DNA of 64,000 nucleotides from Candidatus Eiseniibacteriota bacterium (GCA_963725865.1 CAVSAC010000012.1:1088001-1152000), one strand, 5' to 3'; numbered from the stretch's first letter, positions 49,712-59,785 are shown. Notes: generated from the sequence alone by a model not told the origin. Made by a program: numbers and translations.

Positions 49712-50272
49712 TCAAGCACACGGCGGAGGAGCGGGTGGATGAGTAACGCTATGCGTCGGCACACTCAGACGCTTGGACTCGTCGGCTAGTTTCTGCCAGT
49801 GACGCTCGTCCCACTCGCCGCTCGCCGCTCTGGAGGTCGAGGGCAGCACCCACACGATAGCGCCATGGATCGTGGACGTGTGCCGGCCGTAGTCAATGGG
49901 CTCAGCGTTCCGAAGACCGAGCGCCTTCCGCGCGGCTGTCTTGCCGTTGAATGCGACGATCGCCGGGGCATTGTCCTGGATCTTGCGGTGGAAGCCTTCG
50001 ACGTCGAAGTCGGAGGCCGCCGGGCTCGCATCGCTTCCGGACCGATCTTTGACGATGTCCGAGAGGCCCAGGCGGTAGTCCGAGATCGAGACGTACTGAT
50101 CGGGTCCGAGCGTGACGGCCGTTAGGCCGGTCTTGGCGAGCGTTGGCCAGAATCGATTCCCGGGGCCAGCGTAGTAGGCGTTCGCTCTCCTCGAGGCGTC
50201 GCCGACTGCGGTGCCGCAGAAGACGGCGTACAGGCCATCGCTGAGGACGTCTTTCAGGACCTCGGCAGTCAT
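49712..50272 (-). CDS. mug: Mismatch-specific uracil-DNA glycosylase (Mug/TDG family)
   Basis: VFCGTAVG..S...YYAGPGNRFW, GLSDIVK, VAFNGK, VLPSTS. Confidence 0.85.
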   Translation of the reverse strand: MTAEVLKDVLSDGLYAVFCGTAVGDASRRANAYYAGPGNRFWPTLAKTGLTAVTLGPDQYVSISDYRLGLSDIVKDRSGSDASPAASDFDVEGFHRKIQDNAPAIVAFNGKTAARKALGLRNAEPIDYGRHTSTIHGAIVWVLPSTSRAASGEWDERHWQKLADESKRLSVPTHSVTHPPAPPPCA

Positions 50273-50620
50273 GGCAGGTTCTCGAAGCAGTAGAGCAGCG
50301 GGTTGGGGGCGGTCTTCAGCGCCTCATGGTGCCTGGCCCACGCAGTTGTCTCGGCTTCGGTGACCTTCTGCACCACAAGTTGCGGGCCGGCGACGAGCCA
50401 TACCCCCCCAGTACTTGCGGCAGAATTCCTCGGAACGGAGAACTTCCGCATGGGCCCCGCTCTCGAGCGCATTCTCGCGCTCTTGGTGCATCCAGCCCCA
50501 GAGGTCGCCCTCGCCATGGTAGTGCTTCTCGTGGGCGAGCTTCATGACATCGCGCAGCATCTCGCTGCGAGTGGGCGCGGTCTCCACGTTGGGCCTCCAT
50601 TGGGCATCTGGGCTTCCCCG
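50269..50620 (-). pseudogene. Hypothetical protein split at a G7 tract (50403-50409), translationally coupled to mug
   Basis: ...LRSEEFCRKYWG|VWLVAGPQLVVQKVTE...CFENLP*; stop overlaps the mug ATG; start uncertain. Confidence 0.4.
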
Positions 50621-51469
50621 ACTCTCCCGGACACCGAACCAGGCGGGGTGGTGTAGCTGCTGTGTATCTTGTGGACTGACGAATCCCAGCACGTTGCATC
50701 GTTGCTGTCGAACTGCGTGGGCGACGGGAGGTGGTGCGTGAGTCGGTGAATCTATTCTCCCTAGGATGGTCGGCGCCAAAGACCCAGGGCCCCGTCTCTC
50801 TCGGGCTAGCTGTTGGAGCAGCTCGGCCCACAGCGCGAGAATCGGGGCAGCGGTTGTCCAAGCCGCTGCTCTGGCGTGACACCTAGCCTGCCCCGGCTGC
50901 GCCCCGGCGCGTCGGGTTCATCATGAGGACGCGCTGAACAGCGAGATAGCCGCGAAGCGACATCGCCCCCACGTAGACGCGAGCGTCCCTGCGGCTTAGG
51001 CTGCGGGGGCGCTCGCGTGACTTGGAGCACGGGAGAGTCGATCGGAGTGCTGCGGAGGCTAGGCCAAGCGGCCGAAGGAACTCGAGCGCGAGAACGCGTG
51101 GCTTCACGCTTCCGGCTTCGTGTTCGAACGGCTTGTCTTCACGCCGATGAACACGACGGAGTTCCCGAAGTCACCGCCGGACTCTCAGTTGGCGATGATC
51201 CCGAATCAGGAAGAGACTTAGGTTGGCTGAGTGCACGGGAGTATCCTGTCGTCTTGCGAGGGGTCCTGAGCCTCCGGCCCCTGGGCTGCCTCGAACCTAC
51301 CAGCGATCCTGCATCAGCGGACCGCGCCCGCTCCTCTCGCGACTCCAACCTCCATGCCGACTCTGTCCCCCCGGCGAGGCACCCCCCGTGATTTCCCGGG
51401 GGATCGAACGGATGAACCCAGCTCATTCCATGAAGATGGCGCCGCGAAACAGGCGGCCGCGGAGGAAGC

Positions 51470-51763
51470 ATGAACGTCAAGCCTCTTGCCAATCGGATTC
51501 TGGTCCGCCGCATCGAGGAGCAGGAGATGAAGAGCGGCGGGATCCTCATCCCGGACACCGCGAAGGAGAAGCCGCAGGTGGGTGAGGCGGTCGCGGTCGG
51601 CCCCGGGCGCATGACCGAGGACGGCAAGCGGATCGCCATGGAGGTCAAGAAGGGCGACCACATCCTCATCGGCAAGTACAGCGGCAGCGACGTGAAGATC
51701 GATGGGAGCGAGTACACCATCCTCCGCGAGGACGACGTGCTCGGGGTTCTCGCCAAGAAGTAA
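51470..51763 (+). CDS. groES: Co-chaperonin GroES
   Basis: [33 protein letters not shown]. Confidence 0.97.
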   Translation: MNVKPLANRILVRRIEEQEMKSGGILIPDTAKEKPQVGEAVAVGPGRMTEDGKRIAMEVKKGDHILIGKYSGSDVKIDGSEYTILREDDVLGVLAKK

Positions 51764-51823
51764 GCCGACAGTCTTCGCCGGCCGCAGCCGCGCGGGGATC
51801 GTAGGTAGACGATCGGAGGCAAA

Positions 51824-53470
51824 ATGGCTGCGAAGCAGTTGCTTTTCAGTGAGCAGGCCCGCGCGCAGGTTCTGGCGGGCGTCGAGCAGCTCGCCCGGGC
51901 GGTCAAGGTGACCCTCGGCCCACGCGGGCGCAACGTCATGCTCGACAAGAAGTGGGGCTCTCCGACGATCACCAAGGACGGCGTGACGGTGGCGAAGGAG
52001 ATCGAGCTCGACGATCCCTATCAGAATATCGGCGCGCAGATGGTGCGCGAGGTCGCCTCGAAGACCTCGAACGTGGCCGGCGACGGAACGACCACCGCGA
52101 CCGTCCTCGCCGAGGCCATCTTCAAGGAGGGCCTCAAGAACGTCACCGCCGGATCCTCGCCCATGTACATCAAGCGGGGCATCGACAAGGCGGTCGAGGT
52201 CGTGGTAGCCGAGCTCAAGAAGCTCAGCAAGCCGGTCAAGGAGAACAAGGAAATTGAGCAGATCGCGACGATCTCGGCCAACTCGGACAGCGTGATCGGC
52301 AAGCTGATCGCCGCGGCGATGGACAAGGTCGGCAAGGACGGCACGATCACGGTCGAGGAGGCTCGCTCTGTGGAGACGACGCTCGACCCGAAGGAGGGCA
52401 TGCAGTTCGACAAGGGCTACATCTCTCCGTACTTCGTGACCGAGAAGATCGACATGGCGGCCAAGCTCGAGGATGCCTACATCCTCCTCTACGAGAAGAG
52501 GCTTTCCGGCATGAAGGACCTGCTCCCGCTCCTCGAGAAGATCGCGCAGAAGGGGAAGCCCCTGCTGGTGATCGCCGAGGACGTCGAGGGTGAGGCGCTC
52601 GCCACGCTGGTGGTGAACAAGCTGCGGGGCACGCTCCAGGTGTGCGCGGTGAAGGCCCCGGGCTACGGTGACCGCCGCAAGGCCATGATGGAGGACATCG
52701 CCGTCCTCACCGCCGGCAAGGTGATCTCCGAGGATCTCGGCATCAAGCTCGAGAGTGTGCAGGTCGAGGATCTCGGTCGCGCGAAGAGCATCACCGTCGA
52801 CAAGGACAACACGACCATCGTCGACGGCGGCGGCAAGCGGGCTGACATCCAGGGCCGGATCACCCAGATCAAAAAGGAGATCGAGGATACGACCTCCGAC
52901 TACGACCGCGAGAAGCTCGAGGAGCGCCTCGCCAAGCTCGCGGGTGGCGTGGCGGTGATTAGCGTCGGTGCGGCCACCGAGATCGAGATGAAAGAGAAGA
53001 AGGCCCGCGTCGAGGACGCTCTGCATGCGACTCGCGCGGCGGTCGAGGAAGGCGTCGTCCCCGGCGGCGGCGTGGCGTACCTGCGCTCGATCGCTGCGCT
53101 CAACCGGCTCGCCAACGAGCTCGACGAAGGCGAGAAGGTGGGCGTGAACATCGTGCGGCGGGCGCTGGAACAACCGCTGCGCACGCTGTGTGACAACGCC
53201 GGCCTCGAGGGCTCGGTGATCGTCGAGAAGGTGAAGAGTTACAAGGGTGAGGACAAGTTCACCGGCTTCGACGTCGAGAAGGAGGAATACGTCGACATGT
53301 TCAAGGCCGGGATCATCGATCCCACCAAGGTGGCCCGCACCGCGCTGCAGAATGCGGCGAGCGTGGCGAGCCTGCTGCTCACGACCGAAGCGCTGATCAC
53401 GGAGATCCCGGACAAGAAGCAGGCGCCGGGCGCGGCGAGCGCCGGTGGTTACGGCGGCGACGACTTCTAG
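51824..53470 (+). CDS. groEL: Chaperonin GroEL
   Basis: [51 protein letters not shown]. Confidence 0.98.
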   Translation: MAAKQLLFSEQARAQVLAGVEQLARAVKVTLGPRGRNVMLDKKWGSPTITKDGVTVAKEIELDDPYQNIGAQMVREVASKTSNVAGDGTTTATVLAEAIFKEGLKNVTAGSSPMYIKRGIDKAVEVVVAELKKLSKPVKENKEIEQIATISANSDSVIGKLIAAAMDKVGKDGTITVEEARSVETTLDPKEGMQFDKGYISPYFVTEKIDMAAKLEDAYILLYEKRLSGMKDLLPLLEKIAQKGKPLLVIAEDVEGEALATLVVNKLRGTLQVCAVKAPGYGDRRKAMMEDIAVLTAGKVISEDLGIKLESVQVEDLGRAKSITVDKDNTTIVDGGGKRADIQGRITQIKKEIEDTTSDYDREKLEERLAKLAGGVAVISVGAATEIEMKEKKARVEDALHATRAAVEEGVVPGGGVAYLRSIAALNRLANELDEGEKVGVNIVRRALEQPLRTLCDNAGLEGSVIVEKVKSYKGEDKFTGFDVEKEEYVDMFKAGIIDPTKVARTALQNAASVASLLLTTEALITEIPDKKQAPGAASAGGYGGDDF

Positions 53471-54014
53471 ATCGTACGCGGCTCGAACGAGACGGGCGTG
53501 GGCTGCGGCTCGCGGTTGGAGTGGCCGATGGCTCACCGAAGCTCGTCGCCCCGGTGTGAGTGTGCGGGCGTTCACGCACCTGCTCGGCGACTGCGGAGCG
53601 ACGCAGTTTGCGGCACACCAGCTAGCGGTCACGTAACGGCGAGGCGGTGCCCCCTTTCTGCTGCCGGGTGAGACCAGCACGCTGCGGTGCGCGCTTGAAC
53701 CGCAGTTTTCAGACGGATCGAGCAGCGGTTCTCTAAGGCACCGGGACGAGCGATCAATTCGACATGGTCACCTCTGGCGAGGGGCGAAATAGGAGCGGGG
53801 GACGTATCGCGGGCCACTGGGTCCCGATCGAGGATCTGTCCCTGCGACGGGACACCCGGGGCACTGTGCGGCCCCGGGCGTCCTTGCGGCACCCAAGACC
53901 TACTTCTTGCCTCGCTCGATGAGTCTTGGAGTGTCCCGGTGCAGGCAGTAGCCTCCGGTGCGACAAGAACGATCTCCCAGTCGAAGGTGGTCAGTGTGAA
54001 GGGGGGAGTAATCC

Positions 54015-54419
54015 GTGACGACGCAGGCGGGTTTGTGGATTGACCATCGGAACGCTGTCATCGTAACGGTTGCGAACAAAGGGGACACGACAAGGCTGGT
54101 CGAATCGAACGTCGATAAACACGTCCGCTATTCTGGCGGCCCAGTATCCGGTGGATTACACGGATCACGGGAGGGCGCGGGAGAAGCAACGCGGGAGCGA
54201 CATTTCGAGGGCCAGCTCAGTAAGTACTATGATGAAGTGATCGCGTGTATCCGAGAGGCGGAAGCCATCTTGATCTTCGGACCGGGCGAGGCGAGCGGTG
54301 AGCTGCAGAAGCATATCGAGCGTGCCGGGTTCGGTTCCCGCATCGTTAGCGTCGAGACGGCCGACAAGATGACGGATCGTCAGATTGCTGCCAAAGTGCG
54401 GGAGCACTTTGCACGGTAG
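54015..54419 (+). CDS. Small protein resembling the eRF1 middle-domain / host-attachment-like family
   Basis: GLWIDHRNAVIV...YYDEVI...ILIFGPGEA...VETADKMTDRQIAAKVREHF; strong RBS. Confidence 0.6.
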   Translation: MTTQAGLWIDHRNAVIVTVANKGDTTRLVESNVDKHVRYSGGPVSGGLHGSREGAGEATRERHFEGQLSKYYDEVIACIREAEAILIFGPGEASGELQKHIERAGFGSRIVSVETADKMTDRQIAAKVREHFAR

Positions 54420-54467
54420 GATCACTCCACATTGAGCCTGCGCTGACTTGGACTATGGAGAGGCTTC

Positions 54468-54737
54468 ATGAAAGTGTTGATCTGTGTGGATGACTCGGCG
54501 CACTCGGAGACGACGCTGGAATTCGTGCGGAGTATGGCGTGGCCGGTGGATACGGCGATGGTTGTTGTTTCGGCGGTGCACATGCCGTTTGGGGCCTTCT
54601 CGGAGCCCTACGGGCCGGTTGCTTTCGATCTCGGCGCCTGGCTTCGGGAGCTCACCAAGCTGCACGAGGACCTGTCGGCGCGCGTCGCTCAGCAACTAGC
54701 GAAGGCGGGGCTGGCTGTTCAGTCGCGAGGCGCCTGA
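54468..54737 (+). pseudogene. Universal stress protein, C-terminally truncated
   Basis: MKVLICVDDSAHS Usp start; ends at 89 aa before the G-x-P/D-x-x-V-x-G motifs; the stop lies within the integrase remnant. Confidence 0.75.
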
Positions 54738-54901
54738 GCGGGCACAAGACGGAGAGCATCTACCGGCGCTACGCGATCGTCTCTGAGGCGGATCTCGCCG
54801 AGGGAGTCGCGCGTCGCTCCAGCTTCCGGGAGAGAACCCGCACAGTTCCCGCACAGTCGGCGGGAGGCGGGCCGGAGGCGGGGGAGTTGCCGGACGCGTA
54901 A
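54731..54901 (+). pseudogene. Tyrosine recombinase (phage integrase) C-terminal remnant
   Basis: LSGHKTESIYRRYAIVSEADL, the box II His and catalytic Tyr region; ends 14 nt from the tRNA 3' end. Confidence 0.8.
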
Positions 54902-54915
54902 CTGCAGCAAGGCAA

Positions 54916-55002
54916 TGGTGCCGGAGGCGGGGGTCGAACCCGCACTCGGTTGCCCGAACGGGATTTTGAGTCCCGCGCGTCTGCCAGTTTCGCCACTCCG
55001 GC
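54916..55002 (-). tRNA. tRNA-Leu(CAA)
   Basis: GCCGGAG...CTCCGGC-ACCA acceptor, CGGGA-CTCAAAA-TCCCG anticodon arm, long variable arm, GTTCGAC T-loop; 87 nt. Confidence 0.97.
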
Positions 55003-55078
55003 ACTGGGAGGGGCTGCGAGGCTAGCAAGCGCGGAGGGCGCGTTCAACTCCCGCGCGCGACCTGCCGATGACCCGATC

Positions 55079-55201
55079 ATGAGGCAACTCCTGATCACCC
55101 TGGTCGTCGTGGTGCTGTTCGCGGTCGTGCTGCTGATCGCGATGGCGGGGCATCCGGCGCCGCCGGGCGCCACCGGCGCGCCCGCGCTGATCATTCACTG
55201 A
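55079..55201 (+). CDS. Possible 40-aa single-TM small protein
   Basis: MRQLLITLVVVVLFAVVLLIAMAG hydrophobic stretch with GC3-rich codons. Confidence 0.4.
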   Translation: MRQLLITLVVVVLFAVVLLIAMAGHPAPPGATGAPALIIH

Positions 55202-55379
55202 ACACGGCGCTCTCCACGCTGTACCGCGCCGTTCACCGGCGGCCGCCGGGTGCCCGCGGCCGTGCACCGGCCGCGAGTGCCGGCCTTGGCATCCATCGGC
55301 TTACCCGTGGCACATGGCGTGCGTTCGACCTCGGCAACGAGTTGGAGTCCGCCGCTCCCCCCGCTCAGTGGAGGCAATC

Positions 55380-55952
55380 ATGAAGCGCCTGATGATGATC
55401 GTCCTGGTGGCCGCGGTCGCCGGGCAGCTCGCCGCTCCCGATCCTGCGTCGGCGGCCCGCCGCGTCCGAGTCGTTCACCGCGGCCCGTACCATCGCACCG
55501 TCGTGGTCGTGCACCGAGGCTGGCCGCTGCGCCGCCCGCTGCCGGTGGTCGTGGTGCATCCGGTGCGCCGCGCGGTCGTGGTCGCACCCGTCGTGTTCCT
55601 CGCCCCGGTGGTGTGGACGGGTCGCGTGGCCACGCTGCCCGACCACGACCGGCTGGTGTGGGAGGACGGCGAGACGCTGTCGCGCGAGGAGGGCTGGACG
55701 GAGTTCACGCTCAACGCCGACGCGCGCGGCGACGCGCTGTTCCTCGAGGTGCGCGGCAAGGCGCAGATCGACTTCGCCGAGGTGGTGTTCGAGAACGGCG
55801 ACACCCAGGTGGTGGACTTCAGCCAGCGCACCCGCGGCGCGGGGATCTATTCGCTGCTCGACTTCAGGGACGGCCGCCGGGTGTCGCACGTGCGCATGGT
55901 CGCGCGCGCCCGGAGCGACGAGGCCCGGCTGGTGCTGCGCATGGAGCGCTGA
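55380..55952 (+). CDS. Secreted hypothetical protein
   Basis: GGAGG RBS, signal peptide, Arg/Val/His-rich N-terminus, beta-rich C-terminal domain. Confidence 0.7.
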   Translation: MKRLMMIVLVAAVAGQLAAPDPASAARRVRVVHRGPYHRTVVVVHRGWPLRRPLPVVVVHPVRRAVVVAPVVFLAPVVWTGRVATLPDHDRLVWEDGETLSREEGWTEFTLNADARGDALFLEVRGKAQIDFAEVVFENGDTQVVDFSQRTRGAGIYSLLDFRDGRRVSHVRMVARARSDEARLVLRMER

Positions 55953-55968
55953 GCGGAGCGCGGCCGTG

Positions 55969-56006
55969 AGCGGCGGACTCCTCACCGGGGTCCGCCGCTT
56001 CTGCTT
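55969..56006 (+). terminator. Intrinsic terminator
   Basis: AGCGGCGGACTCC-TCACC-GGGGTCCGCCGCT-TCTGCTT. Confidence 0.65.
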
Positions 56007-56070
56007 GGGGTGGGGCGCGCGCGCCTGCTAGCATCCCGCGCACACCCTCACCCTGGAGAGCGCAGAGCCC

Positions 56071-57600
56071 ATGGACGACAAGTTCCTGCAGTCGGTGCGC
56101 AGCGCGTTCCCCGCGTCGACCTCGACCGTCACGCTGGGGGCGCCGGTGCTCGAGAACCTCTGTCACCCCGAGCCGCTGGTGAGCATCCCGCTCGCGATGA
56201 TGAATCGCCACGGGCTGATCGCGGGCGCGACCGGCACCGGCAAGACCAAGACGCTCCAGTTGCTCGCCGAGCAGCTCTCGGGCGCCGGCGTGCCGGTGTT
56301 CCTCGCCGACGTGAAGGGCGACGTGTCCGGCATGGGTGCCGCGGGCGAGGCGAACGACAAGATCACCGAGCGCGCGCAGGCGACCGGCTACACCTGGAAA
56401 GGCGCCTCGTTCCCGGTGGAGTACCTCAGCCTGACCGGCAAGCGCGGCGCGCAGCTGCGCGCGACGGTGTCGTCGTTCGGCCCGCTGCTGCTCGCGAAGG
56501 TGCTGGGTCTCAACGAGACGCAGTCGAGCGTGCTGGCGATGGTGTTCAAGTACTGCGACGACAAGGGGCTCCTGCTGCTCGACTTCAAGGACCTGCGCGC
56601 GGTGCTCCAGCACCTGACGGAGGAGGGCGCGGGGGAGCTCAAGGATTACGGCGGCATGTCCAAGGCGACGGTCGGCGTGCTGCTGCGCGAGATGGTGGAG
56701 CTGGAGCAGCAGGGGGCGGGGGCGTTCTTTGGCGAGCCGGAGTTCGACCTCGACACCGACCTGCTGCAGACCGAGCGCGATGGGCGCGGGCTGGTCAGCG
56801 TGCTCGAGCTGACCGACGTGCAGGACCGGCCGGCGCTGTTCTCGACCTTCATGATGTGGATGCTCGCGCGCCTCTACAGCGAGCTGCCCGAAGTGGGGGA
56901 CCTCGACCGGCCGAAGCTGGTGTTCTTCTTCGACGAGGCGCACCTGCTGTTCGACGGCGCCAGCAAGGAGTTCCTGCAGCAGGTGCAGCAGATCGTGCGG
57001 CTGATCCGCTCGAAGGGCGTCGGCGTGTTCTTCGTCACCCAGAGCCCGAAGGACATCCCGGCCGACATCCTGGGCCAGCTCGGCCACCGCGTGCAGCACG
57101 CGCTGCGCGCGTTCACGCCCGACGACGAGAAGGCGCTCAAGGCGGCGTCGCGCACGTTCCCCAAGACCGACTTCTACGACATCGAGCGGACGCTCACGAC
57201 ACTCGGCATCGGCGAGGCGCTGGTCACCGTGCTGGCGCCGAACGGCGTGCCCACGCCGCCGGTCGCCACCCGCGTGGTGCCGCCGGCGTCGCGCATGGGT
57301 CCGCTCACCGACGCGGAGATGGCGCAGCGCCTCGGCAGCTCGGCGCAAGTCCGCAAGTACGCCACGGCGATCGACCGCGAGAGCGCGCAGGAGCTGCTGG
57401 CGAAGCAGGCCGAGGCCGCCGCGCCCGCGACGCCGGCCGCCGAGGCGGCGAGCGGCCCGCGCGGCCGCGCGCCGAAGCCGCAGCCGAACGCGTTCGAGCA
57501 GATGCTCAAGTCGCCGCTCACGCGCGCGGTCGCCACCACCGTGACGCGCGGGTTGATGGGCGCGCTGCTGGGACCGGCGCCGCGGCGGCGGCGCTACTAG
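56071..57600 (+). CDS. DUF853/YjgR HerA-like P-loop ATPase
   Basis: NRHGLIAGATGTGKT, ADVKGD, FFFDEAHLLF, RLIRSKGVGVFFVTQ. Confidence 0.92.
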   Translation: MDDKFLQSVRSAFPASTSTVTLGAPVLENLCHPEPLVSIPLAMMNRHGLIAGATGTGKTKTLQLLAEQLSGAGVPVFLADVKGDVSGMGAAGEANDKITERAQATGYTWKGASFPVEYLSLTGKRGAQLRATVSSFGPLLLAKVLGLNETQSSVLAMVFKYCDDKGLLLLDFKDLRAVLQHLTEEGAGELKDYGGMSKATVGVLLREMVELEQQGAGAFFGEPEFDLDTDLLQTERDGRGLVSVLELTDVQDRPALFSTFMMWMLARLYSELPEVGDLDRPKLVFFFDEAHLLFDGASKEFLQQVQQIVRLIRSKGVGVFFVTQSPKDIPADILGQLGHRVQHALRAFTPDDEKALKAASRTFPKTDFYDIERTLTTLGIGEALVTVLAPNGVPTPPVATRVVPPASRMGPLTDAEMAQRLGSSAQVRKYATAIDRESAQELLAKQAEAAAPATPAAEAASGPRGRAPKPQPNAFEQMLKSPLTRAVATTVTRGLMGALLGPAPRRRRY

Positions 57601-57606
57601 GCGTCC

Positions 57607-59646
57607 TTGCGCCGGCTCGGCTCGTGGGCCGCGGCGCTCGCCGCGGCGTTGGTGCTCGCGGCCGCGGCGTGGGTGCAGGCGCCGGCGCTGCGCGCGGGGT
57701 TCGTCGCCGACGACTTTCTGTTCCTGGATCAGGTGCGCGGCCGCGGTCTGGTCGCGGCGCTCGGCGCGCCGGATCCGATCGGCAACTTCCTGCGTCCGGT
57801 GGGCCGCGCGCTGTGGTACTGGGCCCTGGCGCGCGCGGGCGGCGAATCGCCGCTCGTGTTCCACATCGCCAGCCTGACGCTGTTCCTGCTCGTGCTGGTC
57901 CTGCTGTTCGTGCTGGTGCGCCGCCTCGCCGGCGCGCTCGCGGCCACGGTGGCGACCGCCTTCCTGGCGCTCGGTCACGCTCCCGACGTCGCGGTGCGCT
58001 GGGGCGCGGGCGCGCAGGACCTGCTGGCGGTGACGTTCGCGCTCGCGACGCTGCTGCTGCACCGGGCGGGACGGCGGGCACCGGCCGCCCTGTGCCTGGT
58101 GCTGGCGCTGTTGTCCAAGGAGACGGTCGCCGCGACGCCGCTGATCGCGCTGCTGCTCGACCGCCGCGCGAACGAGCCGTGGCGCGCGACCGCGCGGCGC
58201 GCCTGGCCGTTGTTCGCAGCCCTCGGCGCGTGGGCGGCGACGTGGCTGGCGACCGTGCCCGCGCGCCGAGCGACCGGCGCGGCGCTCTCGTTCGTGCCCG
58301 CCAACGTGCCCGCGGCGCTCGCCCACCTCGTGCAGACGGCCGCGGGGCTCGAATGGCCGCCGGGCGGCGGGCCGACGTGGCCGCTGTCGCTCGCACCCGT
58401 CGTGCCGCTGGCGCTTGCGCTGGTCGCGATCGTGCTCGTACCGCCGGCGACGGGGAACTTCCGCGCGCGCCTGCCGTCGACGCGTGCCGCGCTGCTCGCG
58501 GGGCTCGCGTGGGCGCTGCTGGGAGCGCTGCCGGTCGCGCTGGTGGTACCGGTCTGGAGCGCCTACCAGTACCTCTTCGCGCTGTGCGGCGTGGCACTCG
58601 CCCTGGGTGCCGCGCTCGCGTACCGGCCCCGCTGGATCGCCGCGATGGCGGTGCTGCTGCTGGGATGGAGCGCCGCCGGGTCACGCTCGCTCGACGAATT
58701 CGCGCAGACGCCCGAGCGGTGGGCCACGCTCTCGCACGTCAACGCGCGCTACCTCGAGCGCGCCGACATGCTCACGGCGGGATTCGTGGCGGGATCGCGC
58801 GGCGCGTGGCCGAGCCTGCCGGCGGGCAGCACGGTGCTGATCGCCGGCCTGCCGGCCTGGAGCGGAGTGCAGGCCGGCGGCGGACCGGTGCTGCGCTGGG
58901 CGTACCGCGACACCAGCCTGCGCGCGACGTTCACCACCACGTTCACGCGCGCGCGCATCGGGCCCGGTCCGCTCCAGATGCTCACGTACCGCGATGGCGC
59001 GTATACCCGGCGCACGCTCGGCGCGCCGGAGCTGACCGGGCTCGCGCTCAACCTGCTGCTCGACGACGCGCTGCCGTCGGCGCGCGAAGCGCTGCTGTTG
59101 TCGGAGTCGCGTGGCGGCGGCACGGCCGAGCTGCACTACACGCTCGCCTGGGTGGAATGGGCGCTCGGCGACACCGCGGCGGCGGTCGAACGACTGCGAC
59201 GCGCCGGCGCCACCGCGGCCGGCGGTGCTCGGCCCGAGATCGAGGCCGCGATGCGCGAGGTGGCGCGCGGCGACACCGCCGCGGCGTACGAGCGCATGGG
59301 CCGCGCGGTCGGCCGCTACGCGCTCGATCCCGGCGCGCACGCGCTGCTGGCCGACCTGGCGCTGGCGCGCCCCGACGCGCATCCGCTCGCGATCCTGGAG
59401 TCGTTCGCCACCGTGGCGCTCGCGCCGCAGTGGCCCGACGCGTGGCGCCGCTGGGCGGCGTTGCTGGTGCACGACCAGCGGCTGCCGCGCGCTCGGCTGG
59501 CGGTCGAGCGCTGGTTCGAAGTCGCCGGGCCGGCCGGCGAGCGTGACGCCGAGATGCGCGCGCTGCGCGACTGGCTGCGTTCGACCGAGGCCGGGGGCGT
59601 GGCGGCGCGCGCCGCGGTGCGACGCGCGGGCGCCGCGCCGCGCTGA
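57607..59646 (+). CDS. Polytopic membrane protein, GT-C-like with TPR-like C-terminus
   Basis: GFVADDF, FLRPV, LLSKET motifs; many TM segments; TTG start uncertain. Confidence 0.6.
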   Translation: MRRLGSWAAALAAALVLAAAAWVQAPALRAGFVADDFLFLDQVRGRGLVAALGAPDPIGNFLRPVGRALWYWALARAGGESPLVFHIASLTLFLLVLVLLFVLVRRLAGALAATVATAFLALGHAPDVAVRWGAGAQDLLAVTFALATLLLHRAGRRAPAALCLVLALLSKETVAATPLIALLLDRRANEPWRATARRAWPLFAALGAWAATWLATVPARRATGAALSFVPANVPAALAHLVQTAAGLEWPPGGGPTWPLSLAPVVPLALALVAIVLVPPATGNFRARLPSTRAALLAGLAWALLGALPVALVVPVWSAYQYLFALCGVALALGAALAYRPRWIAAMAVLLLGWSAAGSRSLDEFAQTPERWATLSHVNARYLERADMLTAGFVAGSRGAWPSLPAGSTVLIAGLPAWSGVQAGGGPVLRWAYRDTSLRATFTTTFTRARIGPGPLQMLTYRDGAYTRRTLGAPELTGLALNLLLDDALPSAREALLLSESRGGGTAELHYTLAWVEWALGDTAAAVERLRRAGATAAGGARPEIEAAMREVARGDTAAAYERMGRAVGRYALDPGAHALLADLALARPDAHPLAILESFATVALAPQWPDAWRRWAALLVHDQRLPRARLAVERWFEVAGPAGERDAEMRALRDWLRSTEAGGVAARAAVRRAGAAPR

Positions 59647-59709
59647 GCCCGCGCGGGTTGACGCGCCCCGCACGCTGTTGTAATCCTCTTCGCGCGCCAG
59701 ACTCGAGGT

Positions 59710-59785
59710 GGGGCTGTAGCTCAGTTGGGAGAGCGCTTGACTGGCAGTCAAGAGGTCGACGGTTCGATCCCGTTCAGCTCCACCA
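59710..59785 (+). tRNA. tRNA-Ala(GGC)
   Basis: GGGGCTG/CAGCTCC-ACCA with G3:U70, CTTGA-CTGGCAG-TCAAG anticodon arm, GTTCGAT; 76 nt. Confidence 0.97.

Larger units (their letters stand above)
36223..54915. mobile_element. Degenerate genomic island / accessory region adjoining the 3' end of tRNA-Leu
   Basis: Integrase C-terminal remnant abuts the tRNA 3' end; tRNA/tmRNA-like 3' remnant at 36223; several truncated genes; visibly less GC-rich than the flanks. Left boundary uncertain. Confidence 0.55.

Noticed and set aside
51211..51237. CIRCE-like element upstream of groES (ACTT-N9-GAGTGC)
   Set aside because: Left arm matches only 3 of 9 and right arm 6 of 9 consensus positions, about 230 nt from the start; not convincing.
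53471..54014. Short ORFs or ncRNA between groEL and the eRF1-like gene
   Set aside because: No recognisable motif, RBS-supported ORF or known RNA consensus.
59658..59686. Promoter for tRNA-Ala (TTGACG...TGTAAT)
   Set aside because: Plausible, but spacing to the best -10 is only 15 nt; not listed as a supported feature.
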